From Naegleria gruberi (taxonomy: Eukaryota), in NCBI GenBank assembly GCA_000004985.1, contig GG738865.1: DNA of 64,000 nucleotides. The stretch is one strand, 5' to 3'. Shown piece by piece: positions 43,315 through 54,055 of this stretch. A model generated the notes under the pieces. The model saw only the letters and a program-made list of their open reading frames with translations, searched no databases and had not been told where the DNA came from. The position numbers and the translations under genes are program-made. Numbering within the stretch: the first letter of the stretch is position 1; each line of letters opens with the position of its first letter.

Positions 43315-44811
43315 TCAGAGTTGATATTCGGAAAATTCAAAACTGAATGGCTCCTTTTCAACAATCATTGAGCCAATTTCATCATTGTCAAGTAATGATT
43401 CGTAACATACTGAAAGACAACAAATACTCTTCAATTTATCCTTAGCACTGTTGAAAAAGATGGATGTGTAATAATTCTTGAAATTTTTCCTCTCGTTTGA
43501 TTTCTTCCACAACCTGACCTTCTTTAATACATGTCTCTCAATGGTATTCTCAATGAGGAGAGGAGATCCCACCATGAGGGAGTGGGAACTAGATGACACA
43601 CATCCATTGTATAAATAGTACAGTACTCTCATGGTGTGAATCAATATGAAATCAATGCTCAATAGATTATACTTGTCCAATTCATAAATCCACCTCGAAA
43701 CGATATGATTCAATACTTTAAAGTTTTTCTTTGGAGTTGGCTCGAGAGGTTGAGGGATTTCAAAATAGTTTGTATTCGATTGTTTGATAAATTTGGGTTG
43801 AATCCACATTGGTTTGAATCTGCCTTCAAATGTTGATATTAAAGACTTGGTTGCTCGTTTCATTCTAATCTTTTTCCAAATATCTGTTATGATTTCTTCC
43901 TCATTGCCACTACTGCCATTACTTCCACTTGATTCTTCTTCATCTTCGCTATCTTGTCTATTTGTATCAATTGTCTTCTTTTTGGCATTTGATAAAAAAT
44001 TCCAATCTTTTCTTTGGTCAACTGGAGAAGAATCAGTACTATTGGGAAAATTTAGTGTTTTTCTTCCTTTTTGAAAAGTTTCTGAATGGATAATCGTCCA
44101 ACAATTATCCTTTCGCTTTGACAATAGTATTGAATCCATTTTCAGTTCGACATCATTCATTGAAAAGAACCAATTTGACATGGTAATTTCACTCCAATCA
44201 CAACAAACTCCCTTCTTTAGTGCACTTCTAAAATCAATTTGTAAAAATTGAGGAATTGGGGCTGAAAATTGGGTTCTTTTCAATCCTCTTATCCAATTAG
44301 GTTCCGTAAAAAAAGACTTTTTATCCACCAACAAGGAACACTTATTAATTGAAAATAGGTAATTTGAAATCATGAGAGTGGCCTGTCTCCTCGTTCTCAG
44401 TTTTGTTTGACTTTTCAAATAAATTTCCAATTGTCTTTGTAAATTTAATTTAAATTCCTCCCTCAATTTAATATCCTCCAATGAGAGGGAATAATTCGGA
44501 TCATCATGAAATCTTTCATTTTGCTCACGATAATTAATTGATTTGTTATAGATAAACACCTGATTGGTGGGCACTAATTCCGAAATATAATTCCAAATAT
44601 TATCAGATAGATAGGGCCACAGAGAGTGAATATCATCCCTATTGATTTTATCATACCATTTATGACAGACAAGACTTGATTGAATTAAAATGGATGGTAG
44701 TGGTAGATAACTCAAAATACTATTGAATAATTCATCAATTTCAAATAAATGGTGCCAAAAGTTTTCCGAAAGGGTCAATTTTGTGGATAAACTTTTTGTC
44801 AAGTTTTTCAT
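43315..44811 (-). CDS. F-box domain protein
   Basis: The track start at 44826 is TTG; the first ATG is at 44809..44811. N-terminal F-box-like LFEIDELFNSILSYLPLPSILIQSSLVCHKWYDKINRDDIHSLW. The remainder is unrecognised. Confidence 0.65.
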   Translation of the reverse strand: MKNLTKSLSTKLTLSENFWHHLFEIDELFNSILSYLPLPSILIQSSLVCHKWYDKINRDDIHSLWPYLSDNIWNYISELVPTNQVFIYNKSINYREQNERFHDDPNYSLSLEDIKLREEFKLNLQRQLEIYLKSQTKLRTRRQATLMISNYLFSINKCSLLVDKKSFFTEPNWIRGLKRTQFSAPIPQFLQIDFRSALKKGVCCDWSEITMSNWFFSMNDVELKMDSILLSKRKDNCWTIIHSETFQKGRKTLNFPNSTDSSPVDQRKDWNFLSNAKKKTIDTNRQDSEDEEESSGSNGSSGNEEEIITDIWKKIRMKRATKSLISTFEGRFKPMWIQPKFIKQSNTNYFEIPQPLEPTPKKNFKVLNHIVSRWIYELDKYNLLSIDFILIHTMRVLYYLYNGCVSSSSHSLMVGSPLLIENTIERHVLKKVRLWKKSNERKNFKNYYTSIFFNSAKDKLKSICCLSVCYESLLDNDEIGSMIVEKEPFSFEFSEYQL

Positions 44812-45011
44812 TTTTTTTAATTTCAAAATTAAAATTGAAAATCAAATATGAAATGTCAATGTTTTAGAAAGGCATAGCATGCTAGTGTCAAAAATAAACC
44901 AGAGTTAGAAATCTGTACGCTGGCTGGGTCAAAAATAGCATTTTTCTATAGTAAAGTTAATTAGGTAGCAATGTTATTTGACATAAATAGTTTTTGAATA
45001 ATAAACAAGAA

Positions 45012-45083
45012 TCCCGTGTGGTCCAATGGCTAAGATACCTGGCTCTCACCCAGGAGATCCGGGTTCAATTCCCGGCACGGGAG
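45012..45083 (+). tRNA. tRNA-Glu (anticodon CUC)
   Basis: 72-nt cloverleaf folded by hand. The acceptor TCCCGTG pairs with CACGGGA. The anticodon stem CCTGG pairs with CCAGG around loop CTCTCAC (anticodon CTC at 45045..45047). The T-arm CCGGG pairs with CCCGG around loop TTCAATT. Discriminator G. It is similar to eukaryotic tRNA-Glu. Confidence 0.93.
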
Positions 45084-45089
45084 GATTCA

Positions 45090-45094
45090 TTTTT
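45090..45094 (+). terminator. Pol III terminator T-run (TTTTT)
   Basis: T5 run located 7 nt after the tRNA 3' end. Confidence 0.6.
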
Positions 45095-45345
45095 GCTGGC
45101 CTTCGTTTTTCATTCTCATGCTGCTTTTGCATTATCAATACTGCAATAATATAAATAAAGTCTTTTTTCAAATCATTTTGCAACTACTAGTACTAGTAAG
45201 TTAAATTAGTACTACGCACAAATATTCCAAAATCAAGTCATCTTGACTCATATCAAATATTTCAAATAGTAACAAAAACCGAAATTCATAGACCACATCA
45301 ATTTTCGCTTCCTCCACAAGTAGCACTTTCCACAAGTTCTCAATT

Positions 45346-46695
45346 ATGTTGGGTCAGTCATCATCTTTAAAAAAAATGGCAACTAAAGTAACCGAAACTC
45401 TTGTTGTGCTTTTGTTGTTATTCTTCGCTACTGCTTCTGGCATTAACGCATCATCACCTGCGGAGCCAGCATTCAAAAGTCAATTACGTTCATGTTTTGA
45501 AGCAAATAGAAATACCGAATGTTTGGCCACACAATCATCTTGGTCTTCATGTGGAGGTTCAGTTTATTCTTCATATCAACTTGCACTCTCCATCTCAATG
45601 AATTGTATGAGAAGTGTCTGTGGAAGTCAAAATAGTTTATGTTGCAATACCTATTGTACAATGTATGGTTTATCTGGATATGATCATTCAGTTTGTTTCA
45701 ATAAGTGTTTCAATGGATATACTGGTTCAGTTGTTGGTGCTGCAACTTTGATGAAAACAATCAAGAGTAGTTTGGATACCAATGTTGATTATGTTCCTCC
45801 TGCCACAGCTCAAAAGAAGGACGATGAAACCAAAGTCTATTGTGATATTCCATGTAATTCAGAATTTGCTTTCTATTCCACAACTGGTAAACAACCAAGT
45901 ATTTTAAATGGTGGTTTGAAGGCATTGTTGGCTTCTAATACCAAGACTAATACTTTGGCTGCTAAGAAAAAGCTCATTTCTTCTTGGTCAACCAAGGTTG
46001 GTTCCTCTAAGCCATCATCCTCATCCTCCTCCTCACGTAAGAGCATCAGCAGCATTAAAAGCATCATTGGAAGAAGTAATAGTGGTTACAACAAGGCCAT
46101 TTCAAAGAGCATCTCAAAATACCTTGGCTTCAAACCAGTTAAACAAATTAATAGTGATCTGGTCTATAAGAGACTTGTTAAATTTGTTTCAAGCATTCCA
46201 AGTCTTGGATACATCTTGAGAGGTATTCGTGATAAGAAAACCAGAACCTACCTTACAAGAGGTTACAAATTCATTCAAGCTGCTAGAAAACAAGTCTATC
46301 CACAAAAAGCATTTGCAATCTATGATGGTAAAGTATTGAATGTGAAAGCCACAGTTCAATTGGGTAATCCAGCATTGGTTAAGCAGAGAAGTACCATTTT
46401 CCCAATTCCATTCAATTCATTGACTCCATCTTCACTTTCAAAGAAATCCTTTTTCAATTCCAGTGTTAAACATAATCAAATCTGTACTGGTACAGCTATT
46501 GCCAAAGTGGAATATTATCGTAGATCTCGTATCACTTGTAAAAAGATCAAGTCATGGATTAGTGGAGCTTCAAAGATTAATCCAAAGAATATTTATCAAG
46601 TCAACAAGTTCCTCTTCCTTGTTTATAATCAATGTAAGAAAGCTAAAGCTACTTGTGTTGTTCCATTTGTTGAAGCAATCAAAACAACTGATTAA
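45346..46695 (+). CDS. Secreted cysteine-rich protein, paralogue A of an unrecognised family
   Basis: 449-aa ORF. An alternative ATG at 45376 gives MATKVTETLVVLLLLFFATASG, a signal peptide. It has a 10-Cys N-module (AFKSQLRSCFEANRNTEC..SSCGG..MNCMRSVCGSQNSLCCNTYC..SVCFNKC), a Ser/Lys-rich variable middle and a 4-Cys C-module (NQIC..C..NQC..C). Confidence 0.8.
   Translation: MLGQSSSLKKMATKVTETLVVLLLLFFATASGINASSPAEPAFKSQLRSCFEANRNTECLATQSSWSSCGGSVYSSYQLALSISMNCMRSVCGSQNSLCCNTYCTMYGLSGYDHSVCFNKCFNGYTGSVVGAATLMKTIKSSLDTNVDYVPPATAQKKDDETKVYCDIPCNSEFAFYSTTGKQPSILNGGLKALLASNTKTNTLAAKKKLISSWSTKVGSSKPSSSSSSSRKSISSIKSIIGRSNSGYNKAISKSISKYLGFKPVKQINSDLVYKRLVKFVSSIPSLGYILRGIRDKKTRTYLTRGYKFIQAARKQVYPQKAFAIYDGKVLNVKATVQLGNPALVKQRSTIFPIPFNSLTPSSLSKKSFFNSSVKHNQICTGTAIAKVEYYRRSRITCKKIKSWISGASKINPKNIYQVNKFLFLVYNQCKKAKATCVVPFVEAIKTTD
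45448..45756. repeat. Arm 1 of an inverted repeat (N-module coding sequence of paralogue A)
   Basis: By hand alignment to the reverse complement of 48699..49010, I found 7 substitutions plus one 3-nt indel region over about 309 nt. Confidence 0.9.
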
Positions 46696-46904
46696 ATTTT
46701 TGTAATTCAATAACTTTTTACAAATATAATATTAATAATATTGAAAAATACTTATTACAATTACAGGTCTGTTACAAAATCTTTTAATGGATAGGAATAG
46801 CATTTTTAAAATACTCGCTCAAACTATATGCAAATTAAACAGTGTACTTTTCACCAAATGTGTATGTGACTCAAAACATCCAACTGTCACACCAGTAAAA
46901 AAAA

Positions 46905-47894
46905 ATGACATTGTCATCCAAACAAATTGTCGTTGTGTTAATTATTGTTGGATTCTGTGTTTCTTACACATTGGCTTCTTCTGCCAGCGAACCAGCATTC
47001 AAAAGTCAATTACGTTCATGTTTTGAAGGAAACAGAAACACAGAATGCATAGTCAATCAAGGAAGCTGGAATTCTTGTGGTCGTTCAGTTTATTCTTCCT
47101 ATCAATTAGCTGTTTCCATTTCAATGAATTGTATGAGAAGTGTTTGTGGTAGTCAAAATGGTTTATGTTGTAATACTTATTGTTCAATGTTTGGTTTATC
47201 TGGAAGTGATCATTCGAATTGTTTCTCCTCATGTTATAATTCATACAGGCCATCGACAAATGGTGGTTCATCTTTTGGTGGAAATATTCCTGCAGCTAGT
47301 GATGCTTTAACTGGTTCTGTATCTTGTTCTATTCCATGCGCTGCTGCTTTCTCCTTCTATGAAAATAAAGTAGCCGAAAGTGTGGCCAAAAAACCAGCAG
47401 AAGTCAAGACATTCAAAACTTTGGTCAAGAATTTACAATCTGGCAAACCAATCAAAAAATCAAATCCTGGCTACACAATCACCTCTGCCAAGACTTTGTC
47501 AACCAGCAGCCCTAGTTCTGCAACCTATTTCACAGCACTTAAACCAAAAGTTGTCCTGAAGGGAAGTGAACATAATCAAGTCTTACGTACCTCTATTGAA
47601 GAAGCTGTTCCAACAAACTTGGACTCGGCTCAATTTTACAATTCTCAAGTGGCATCCAATCAAATTTGTTCCAATTCAATGAAAGATGTTGTAAAGGTTT
47701 CAATTTTGAAGAATACCAAAATTGAATGTTCTAAATTGTTGCAATGGATTAAGAATGATAAGACAATTGCTCCTGAAAATTTGGAAAATGTTTATAATTT
47801 CATGTTGGTTTTGCATCAAAAGTGTTCTGCTTTGCCAAATAGTAAATGTGTCATGCCAAATGTTGGATCCATCAAGCTCACTAACACTAAATAA
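46905..47894 (+). CDS. Secreted cysteine-rich protein, paralogue B
   Basis: 329 aa with signal peptide MTLSSKQIVVVLIIVGFCVSYTLA. It has the same 10-Cys N-module (about 80% nt identity to A) and 4-Cys C-module, with a different middle. Confidence 0.8.
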   Translation: MTLSSKQIVVVLIIVGFCVSYTLASSASEPAFKSQLRSCFEGNRNTECIVNQGSWNSCGRSVYSSYQLAVSISMNCMRSVCGSQNGLCCNTYCSMFGLSGSDHSNCFSSCYNSYRPSTNGGSSFGGNIPAASDALTGSVSCSIPCAAAFSFYENKVAESVAKKPAEVKTFKTLVKNLQSGKPIKKSNPGYTITSAKTLSTSSPSSATYFTALKPKVVLKGSEHNQVLRTSIEEAVPTNLDSAQFYNSQVASNQICSNSMKDVVKVSILKNTKIECSKLLQWIKNDKTIAPENLENVYNFMLVLHQKCSALPNSKCVMPNVGSIKLTNTK

Positions 47895-47969
47895 ATTGTG
47901 GATCTATCAATTAATAACTAATTTTTATTAGAAAGCACCCAAATCATAAATTTCCAAAATAAAATTATT

Positions 47970-49088
47970 TTAAAGAGTGTCAGTATTCAAATTAATTCTT
48001 CTAAACATTGGAACAACACATTGTTTAGACTTCTTTGGAATGAGAGATCTACACTTATTATGAACAATCATCATGAATTTGTAAACAGTAAGCAAATTAT
48101 TTGGTGAAATTTCTGAAACTTCCTTCATCCAACGTTGAATCTTGTTACAATTTACTCTAGATCTCTTATAATAGGTAACTTCAACTGTCTTTCCAGTATT
48201 GGCACAGATTTGATTTTTACCAACTTGGCTGCTTTTCAAAACGGGATTCAAAGGGACAACCTTATCAAGTGAAATGTCAAAAACTTGAAGTCTGTCACGA
48301 GTTACTTGAATAACATTGGAAATCATCTTTTTATCAGTTTTTCCTGATGATTTAGAGGTTGATTTAGTGACCTTTCCATTCTTAATAGTTGTGAGTTTAG
48401 TTTTTTTCACAAAAGACGAAATGAAAAGTTTCTTCTTTTTGCCCAATACTGAAACTCCACCATTTCCACTTGCTGTTCCAGTAGTACTATTTGAACCATT
48501 AATTTGAGAAAGGAGAGTTCTCAAGAAATTTCTTTCCTTTCTTGTTGGTTGTTCATTGGCAAAATAAAAAGCATAAGTAGCATCACATGAAACAGAACAT
48601 TTGACAATGGCTTTATCATCAGTGGTGGCACTTTTTGGAACAAAGTCAGAGTTATCATCGAATGGGATGGAAGCATAAGCAATAGAAGTAGAAATTGGTT
48701 TCATCAAAGTTGCAGCAGCAGAAACAACTGAACCAGTATATCCATTGAAACACTTATTGAAACAAACTGAATGATCATATCCAGATAAACCATACATTGT
48801 ACAATAAGTATTGCAACATAAACTATTTTGACTTCCACAAACACTTCTCATACAATTCATTGAAATGGAGAGTGCAAGTTGATATGAAGAATAAACTGAA
48901 CCTCCACATGAAGACCAAGATGATTGTGTGGCTAAACATTCGGTATTTCTATTTGCTTCAAAACATGAACGTAATTGACTTTTGAATGCTGGTTCCGCTG
49001 GAGATGATGCATTGACAAAAGATGAAGATGTGAGAAGGGCTGCCAACAAGACGAAACATGCCAAAACTAGTGGATTGAATCTTGTCAT
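47970..49088 (-). CDS. Secreted cysteine-rich protein, paralogue C
   Basis: The track start at 49124 is GTG; the first ATG is at 49086..49088 (MTRFNPLVLACFVLLAALLTSSSFVNA). Its N-module is nearly identical to A, its middle is unique and its C-module is related. Confidence 0.8.
   Translation of the reverse strand: MTRFNPLVLACFVLLAALLTSSSFVNASSPAEPAFKSQLRSCFEANRNTECLATQSSWSSCGGSVYSSYQLALSISMNCMRSVCGSQNSLCCNTYCTMYGLSGYDHSVCFNKCFNGYTGSVVSAAATLMKPISTSIAYASIPFDDNSDFVPKSATTDDKAIVKCSVSCDATYAFYFANEQPTRKERNFLRTLLSQINGSNSTTGTASGNGGVSVLGKKKKLFISSFVKKTKLTTIKNGKVTKSTSKSSGKTDKKMISNVIQVTRDRLQVFDISLDKVVPLNPVLKSSQVGKNQICANTGKTVEVTYYKRSRVNCNKIQRWMKEVSEISPNNLLTVYKFMMIVHNKCRSLIPKKSKQCVVPMFRRINLNTDTL
48699..49010. 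repeat. Arm 2 of the inverted repeat (N-module coding sequence of paralogue C)
   Basis: See arm 1. The arms are about 2.9 kb apart in opposite orientation. Confidence 0.9.
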
Positions 49089-49277
49089 TATTTTTTTTAA
49101 GCTTTCTTCAAAGATGTCACCCACAAGAACACTGACACAATCAAAATGGGTAAATTTGTCAAAAAAAATTTAACACACTAAATATCTTATAACCATCACC
49201 CGTCAATATTATTATTCGAATCCAATGAACATTCAAAGAGAGATGAAAGAAATTAAAGGGAACTTGCAAGTGAAAAG

Positions 49278-49290
49278 TTCCCGCCAAAAA
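49278..49290. promoter_or_regulatory. E2F-like element TTCCCGCCAAAAA
   Basis: TTTGGCGGGAA on the minus strand. About 20 nt upstream of ATG 49306, in the divergent spacer shared with paralogue C. Confidence 0.4.
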
Positions 49291-49305
49291 TAACTACAAA
49301 AAAAA

Positions 49306-52300
49306 ATGAGTAAAAACATATGGTTGCCGCCACTTTCGCTATCATCTCTGCAGAGAAATGATGGGAAGAACATCATGTTTGACACTCAGAAAGTAATCAA
49401 GCCGACCACCTGGTTGTATATAATGATGATACTGCTGATATTGTTAATGAATAGTGGAGGAGTTGTGAGATGTGGAAATGTTGTGGAAGTGGATGCTGAG
49501 GAAGTGAGGCAGTTGGATTTATATTTGAAAAAATCAAAACCTGATTTGGAAAATTCTCAGCTAGCTTTATTGGCATTTAAGGAGACGAGTCAAATGCTTA
49601 TACTCACCAAGACATTGTCATCCTTGTCCATCACACCAAGAACAATATTTTACTCTGCAGGGTTTATCGGAAATACTATTGTTCAATTGAATGCAAGTGA
49701 AATCAAATTCACCTCCTTGGCTAATGTATTTAACAATTCAACAAGACCATACAAAGTTGTTGATAGGCTTACATCATTATGCTCTTCTACTCTTTCTCAA
49801 TTATATCAGAACAACACCTTTATTCCAAATTATTATATTTGTTTTTTCAAAACAACACTCACATCAGAGAATAGAGTTTTCTTCTCAACAACAAGTGAAG
49901 GATTCAGATGTTTAAAACTAAATTCGGATGGGGATGTAATAACCAAGGATGTTTCTAAGGGATTTATTGAAGATTTTGCTACCTCATTATGTGTTATAAC
50001 CATAATATTTATAGCCCTTCTGTGGGTACAAGGATCATTTAAAAGGAGAATTATTGATACAAAGAGATATCCCTTTACCAATTATTACTTTGGAAACGAT
50101 ACTGATTGGAACTCTTCAACTTTTTCGGATCTTTCAGTAACTCTTAGACCAATATTTCCATTCTTTAAACATTTTTCCAATCAGTTTGACAAGCTTTATA
50201 AACTGATATTCAGATCAATTCAAAACAAAGTGGACCAGGAACATATTAGGAAGTATAAGAAATTTGGCTCTTCAACACTGCTGAAATACCAATTATTCTT
50301 CGACTTTTTCCTCTTTATAGTTATTAGTTGCTTATCAATGGTGCAGTTATTTGTTCCTTCTGTACTATATTTCCCAAATTTTATTCAAATACCTATTAAT
50401 TTTGACCTTGGGAATGACGAAACCTTCACAAGTTATTGGATAGGAGGGGCTGATTTTGTACCTATCAGTTTGGGTTTTTGGTTAATATCCCTCACTTTGA
50501 TGATATTGGGAATAATTTTGTTAATAGTTACTTCTAGTTCAAAAGAAAAGATGATGTATTGGAGCACAAACTCTTTGCCAGACACCAACATTTTGGTTTT
50601 CACTGATGCAATCTTCAAAATTATTTTCATAGTCTTGATTAATGTGATAATCATTTTACTACCGTTCTGGACATTTACCATTAAGGGAGTTCTTATGGTG
50701 GTTATTACAATAGCATCTATTTTCTATGGGAGTCAACAAATTTTAATTCCAACAGAGAAGGTTATTCACGCTATTCATGATGGAAATTATAAGATGGTTG
50801 TTGCCTTCTTGATGTTTGCATATTTTAAGGAACTTCTAGTGATCATACCATTTTTTATTCAGATATTCATGGTGGCCGAAACTATATTTGGGCTAGTTTG
50901 GAGCTTGATTCTTTCCTTTGTTGCAAACAACAGCAAGCTTTCCTTGATTGGTATTTTTGGTATTGTAATTAATTCTGCAACAAGTTTACTTCAAGACTTA
51001 CTACAGCCATCCAGAGTTACCAGGAAAAAGATTGTGGAAAGGTCAGATACATTCGTTTTTCCCTCTCTAACAAAGACCAGCACACAATTCATCCTTGATA
51101 ATGTCGCTGCAAAATATGGTGGCATTATTAATACCTACTCTAAACTGGTAGAAAGTAATGAGATGGTGGATTATACATACAAGGATATTCTCTCATTAAA
51201 TGACAACTTGGAAGAACTTAAGGACATTACAAGAAAAAGAAGTCAGTCTGTTGGAAAATCTGAAAACGGTGAAGCTAAGCTAGCAGCAACAACTATTGAA
51301 AAAATTCACAACCCTGTTAACATCAAATTCGAAAAAAATGAAGACAAAAACGAAGAGGAGCTAAAAACAAGATATACGGAGATCAATGATAGGCCAAAGT
51401 ACATGCATGTTCTCTTCAAGAAAGAAATTGCCTTACTCGTTAGAGGCATCTTCCTTTCAACGCAAGAGAAGAAAAATGAAAAATTGAGAGTAATCTTTAA
51501 GAGAGGAGAGAGGCTTTATACTCCATTGTTGAATACAGACATCAGAAGAATCCATCACAATTTAGTGGGTAGAGTCAAGATAGCAACAGGAAATCTGAGT
51601 AATTATTTAGTAGTAATTTTGATTGCAATGATTATTTTCTTGTCTTTTACTTATTCTGGTGCTGAAAGTGATGGTATGGACATTATGTCAAATATGGCTA
51701 TTGTTATTTCAATCTTTATTCCACAACTTTTTGGAAGATTGGATGAAGGACAAGTTGATGAACTATTCGAAAGAAGAATTGAGGAAACTATCCTTTTAAC
51801 CAAGAGAGATCTTGCAAAGAAACTTGACTTACCAGAGAAGGATCTCAATTTTTGCATTTTCAATTTTCAAAACGATTCAGATATTAGTAACTTTTTAGAG
51901 CACAACACCCCAGCAGTGTCTGAAACTATTGGAAGAAAAATGTAAGTATATTTTAACGAATTGTTTTACTTGAATCAAATGAAAGATTGGAACATTGGGA
52001 AAGTGCTTCAACAAATGGATTTATTACAGCTCAAAAATTCAAGCCACTCATGCTTATTGTATGGGATGAAACCCTTAAAATCAATGCAAAGAAGGGCACT
52101 GCTTCCGCTACAAATGACTATCTCAAGACTCATAGCCAATTCTTGACATCATTTTCAAACATAATTTATTGTATTAGTAATTTTGAGGCTGACTCCTTTG
52201 TGAGTGCTTACGAATTCATTCACGCTGTGGAGCTTCTCAAAAAATCAATCACAAGAAAGGAAGAAGATCAATGCTCAGATATGGATATAACATTTGCATT

Positions 52301-52601
52301 TCTATTCTTTTGCTATTTGAGAGGAAGAAGTGCTGAAGTAGGAATGGTGAATTGTAATTCTTTAGAAGTTAGTTTTGCAGAAGAAGAGTATAACCATTTC
52401 TTTTCCACTTTCTATACTTGGATAGCTGTTAACGATACCAAGAGAGAAAAGCTAAAGGAAGCAAAACAATTTATTGAGTTGGTATTCTCTGTGTATAGCT
52501 CTGAGCAGCGTCTATCATTGGAACATTTCTTGAATAGCTATAGATCGGTCAGAAGTGCAATGTCCAACACAAGTAGATCGATTGAAATCGAAGAGTTTTG
52601 A
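49306..52601 (+). CDS. Large hypothetical multi-pass membrane protein (about 1083 aa)
   Basis: Exons 49306..51941 and 51986..52601 (44-nt intron GTAAGT..GAAAG, phase 2). It has an N-terminal ectodomain-like region, at least 8 hydrophobic segments and a soluble C-terminal domain. No family recognised. Confidence 0.65.
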
Positions 52602-53064
52602 CTGGACATGTAATGGAGCTGACTACAATTCATTTAGCTTAGAAAGAACAGCTCATTTTCTTCAAGTTTGACACAAAAGAAACACAATTTTACTGATGCT
52701 GTCATTCAAACAAAAAAAGAAAGCATTCATCCTGAATGATTAGAGCTTTACCATAGACTTCCAATAAAAAAAGTACGAATGCCAACCTTAAACCAGAAAA
52801 TTACTCTAGTGTTTGAAGTCGTTTTGTGGTATACCTGATGACATTTTTCCATTGAAGAGAACCTTATGTTTTTCAACAACAGAAGTTAACATTCAACCTA
52901 TTTCCTTCATTGATTTACAAATTGGTATAAACAAAGAACAAAAATGATTAGAAATGCACTTGTACAGGAATTGGTTCATTTGTCAACCACTTGAACTGTT
53001 TCTATTGTCAGATTTTCATTGTAAAATAACTTGTTTGCAATTTCCGCAAATCAAGAGAAAAAAA

Positions 53065-54024
53065 ATGAATGCAAAACTCACCATCAAACGCAAGCAATCA
53101 CAATCATCTTCATCGTCTGCATCAGCTTCAGCATCACAATCTTCGCAATCTTCAACAATAAATTCTTCCACAAGTTGTATACAAAATAGTCAAAATGATG
53201 AAGCAGATGATGATGATATTGTGGAGGTGGCTCCATCATTATCGGGAAGTAGTACATTGCACTTTCCGATTAGGACAATGGTATCAATTCATAGGAATGT
53301 AGTGCTACAGATTACATTATTTGACAAGTTGAGGGATAAATCTACATTAAAGTCTTCATTGGCTTCGACTTGGTTTAAAAAGGAGCACCTGGATGAGTTC
53401 TACACTTATTTGAAATACTTTTTGAAGAAACAAATTTATCAGGAAATCAAGTTTATTCCAACAGAACCAGGTAGGATTGAATTGAAAATAGAATTACCTC
53501 CAGAAAAGACGATTCAAGTAATTAAATGTAAAACCATTCAATTTACCTATGAGTGGAAAAAGACATATTCTAATTTTTTCATGTTGAGGAGAAAGGATAC
53601 ACAAGAGGAGTATGAAAGAGAATTATTGAAAGCACAACTTACAAGAAAGCCATCTGTGCCTATTCTTATTGAGGATGATCCACAAGGTCCAGTCAAACAC
53701 AATTTGGATTTAAGTGACGAGGAAACACCAAACAAGAAGCAAAAATCAATTCACAATTTGGATTTGAGTGATGAGGAAAATGTGAAACAAACCCCACCAA
53801 GAAAGAAAAAGAAACCAACTGTTATTATTGAGGATGACGATTCTTCATCATCTGAAGAGGAAGATGTAGAATTAAAGGAAGATATTGAGTTAAACTCTCC
53901 ACCTTTCAAAAAGTTTAAACAAAGTCTGGTATCTTGGCGGTACCAGCTACTTGTCTATTTGGAACCAAAGGAAAAGGATATTCTGGAATTGACAGGAGCT
54001 AAATCAAAAAGCAAATTCTTTTAA
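53065..54024 (+). CDS. Hypothetical acidic nuclear-type protein with SIM-like motifs
   Basis: Preferred ATG is 53065 (aaaaaaaATG); the alternative is 52954. Poly-Ser tract, three hydrophobic-acidic motifs (DDDDIVEV, VPILIEDD, TVIIEDDDSSSSEEED), a duplicated HNLDLSDEE and a KKKK tract. Confidence 0.55.
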   Translation: MNAKLTIKRKQSQSSSSSASASASQSSQSSTINSSTSCIQNSQNDEADDDDIVEVAPSLSGSSTLHFPIRTMVSIHRNVVLQITLFDKLRDKSTLKSSLASTWFKKEHLDEFYTYLKYFLKKQIYQEIKFIPTEPGRIELKIELPPEKTIQVIKCKTIQFTYEWKKTYSNFFMLRRKDTQEEYERELLKAQLTRKPSVPILIEDDPQGPVKHNLDLSDEETPNKKQKSIHNLDLSDEENVKQTPPRKKKKPTVIIEDDDSSSSEEEDVELKEDIELNSPPFKKFKQSLVSWRYQLLVYLEPKEKDILELTGAKSKSKFF

Positions 54025-54055
54025 TAATTTAAGATTTTTTTACAATTATTTGGAT

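Noticed and set aside
45473-45661. An antisense ORF family conserved in three copies (45473..45661 -, 47053..47271 -, 48797..48985 +; MYN.YCNINYFDFH.HFSYNSL.W...).
   Set aside because: Their conservation is fully explained by being the reverse strand of the conserved Cys-rich N-module. All A-versus-C substitutions are synonymous in the sense frame and non-synonymous in the antisense frame (R/K, R/K, P/L).
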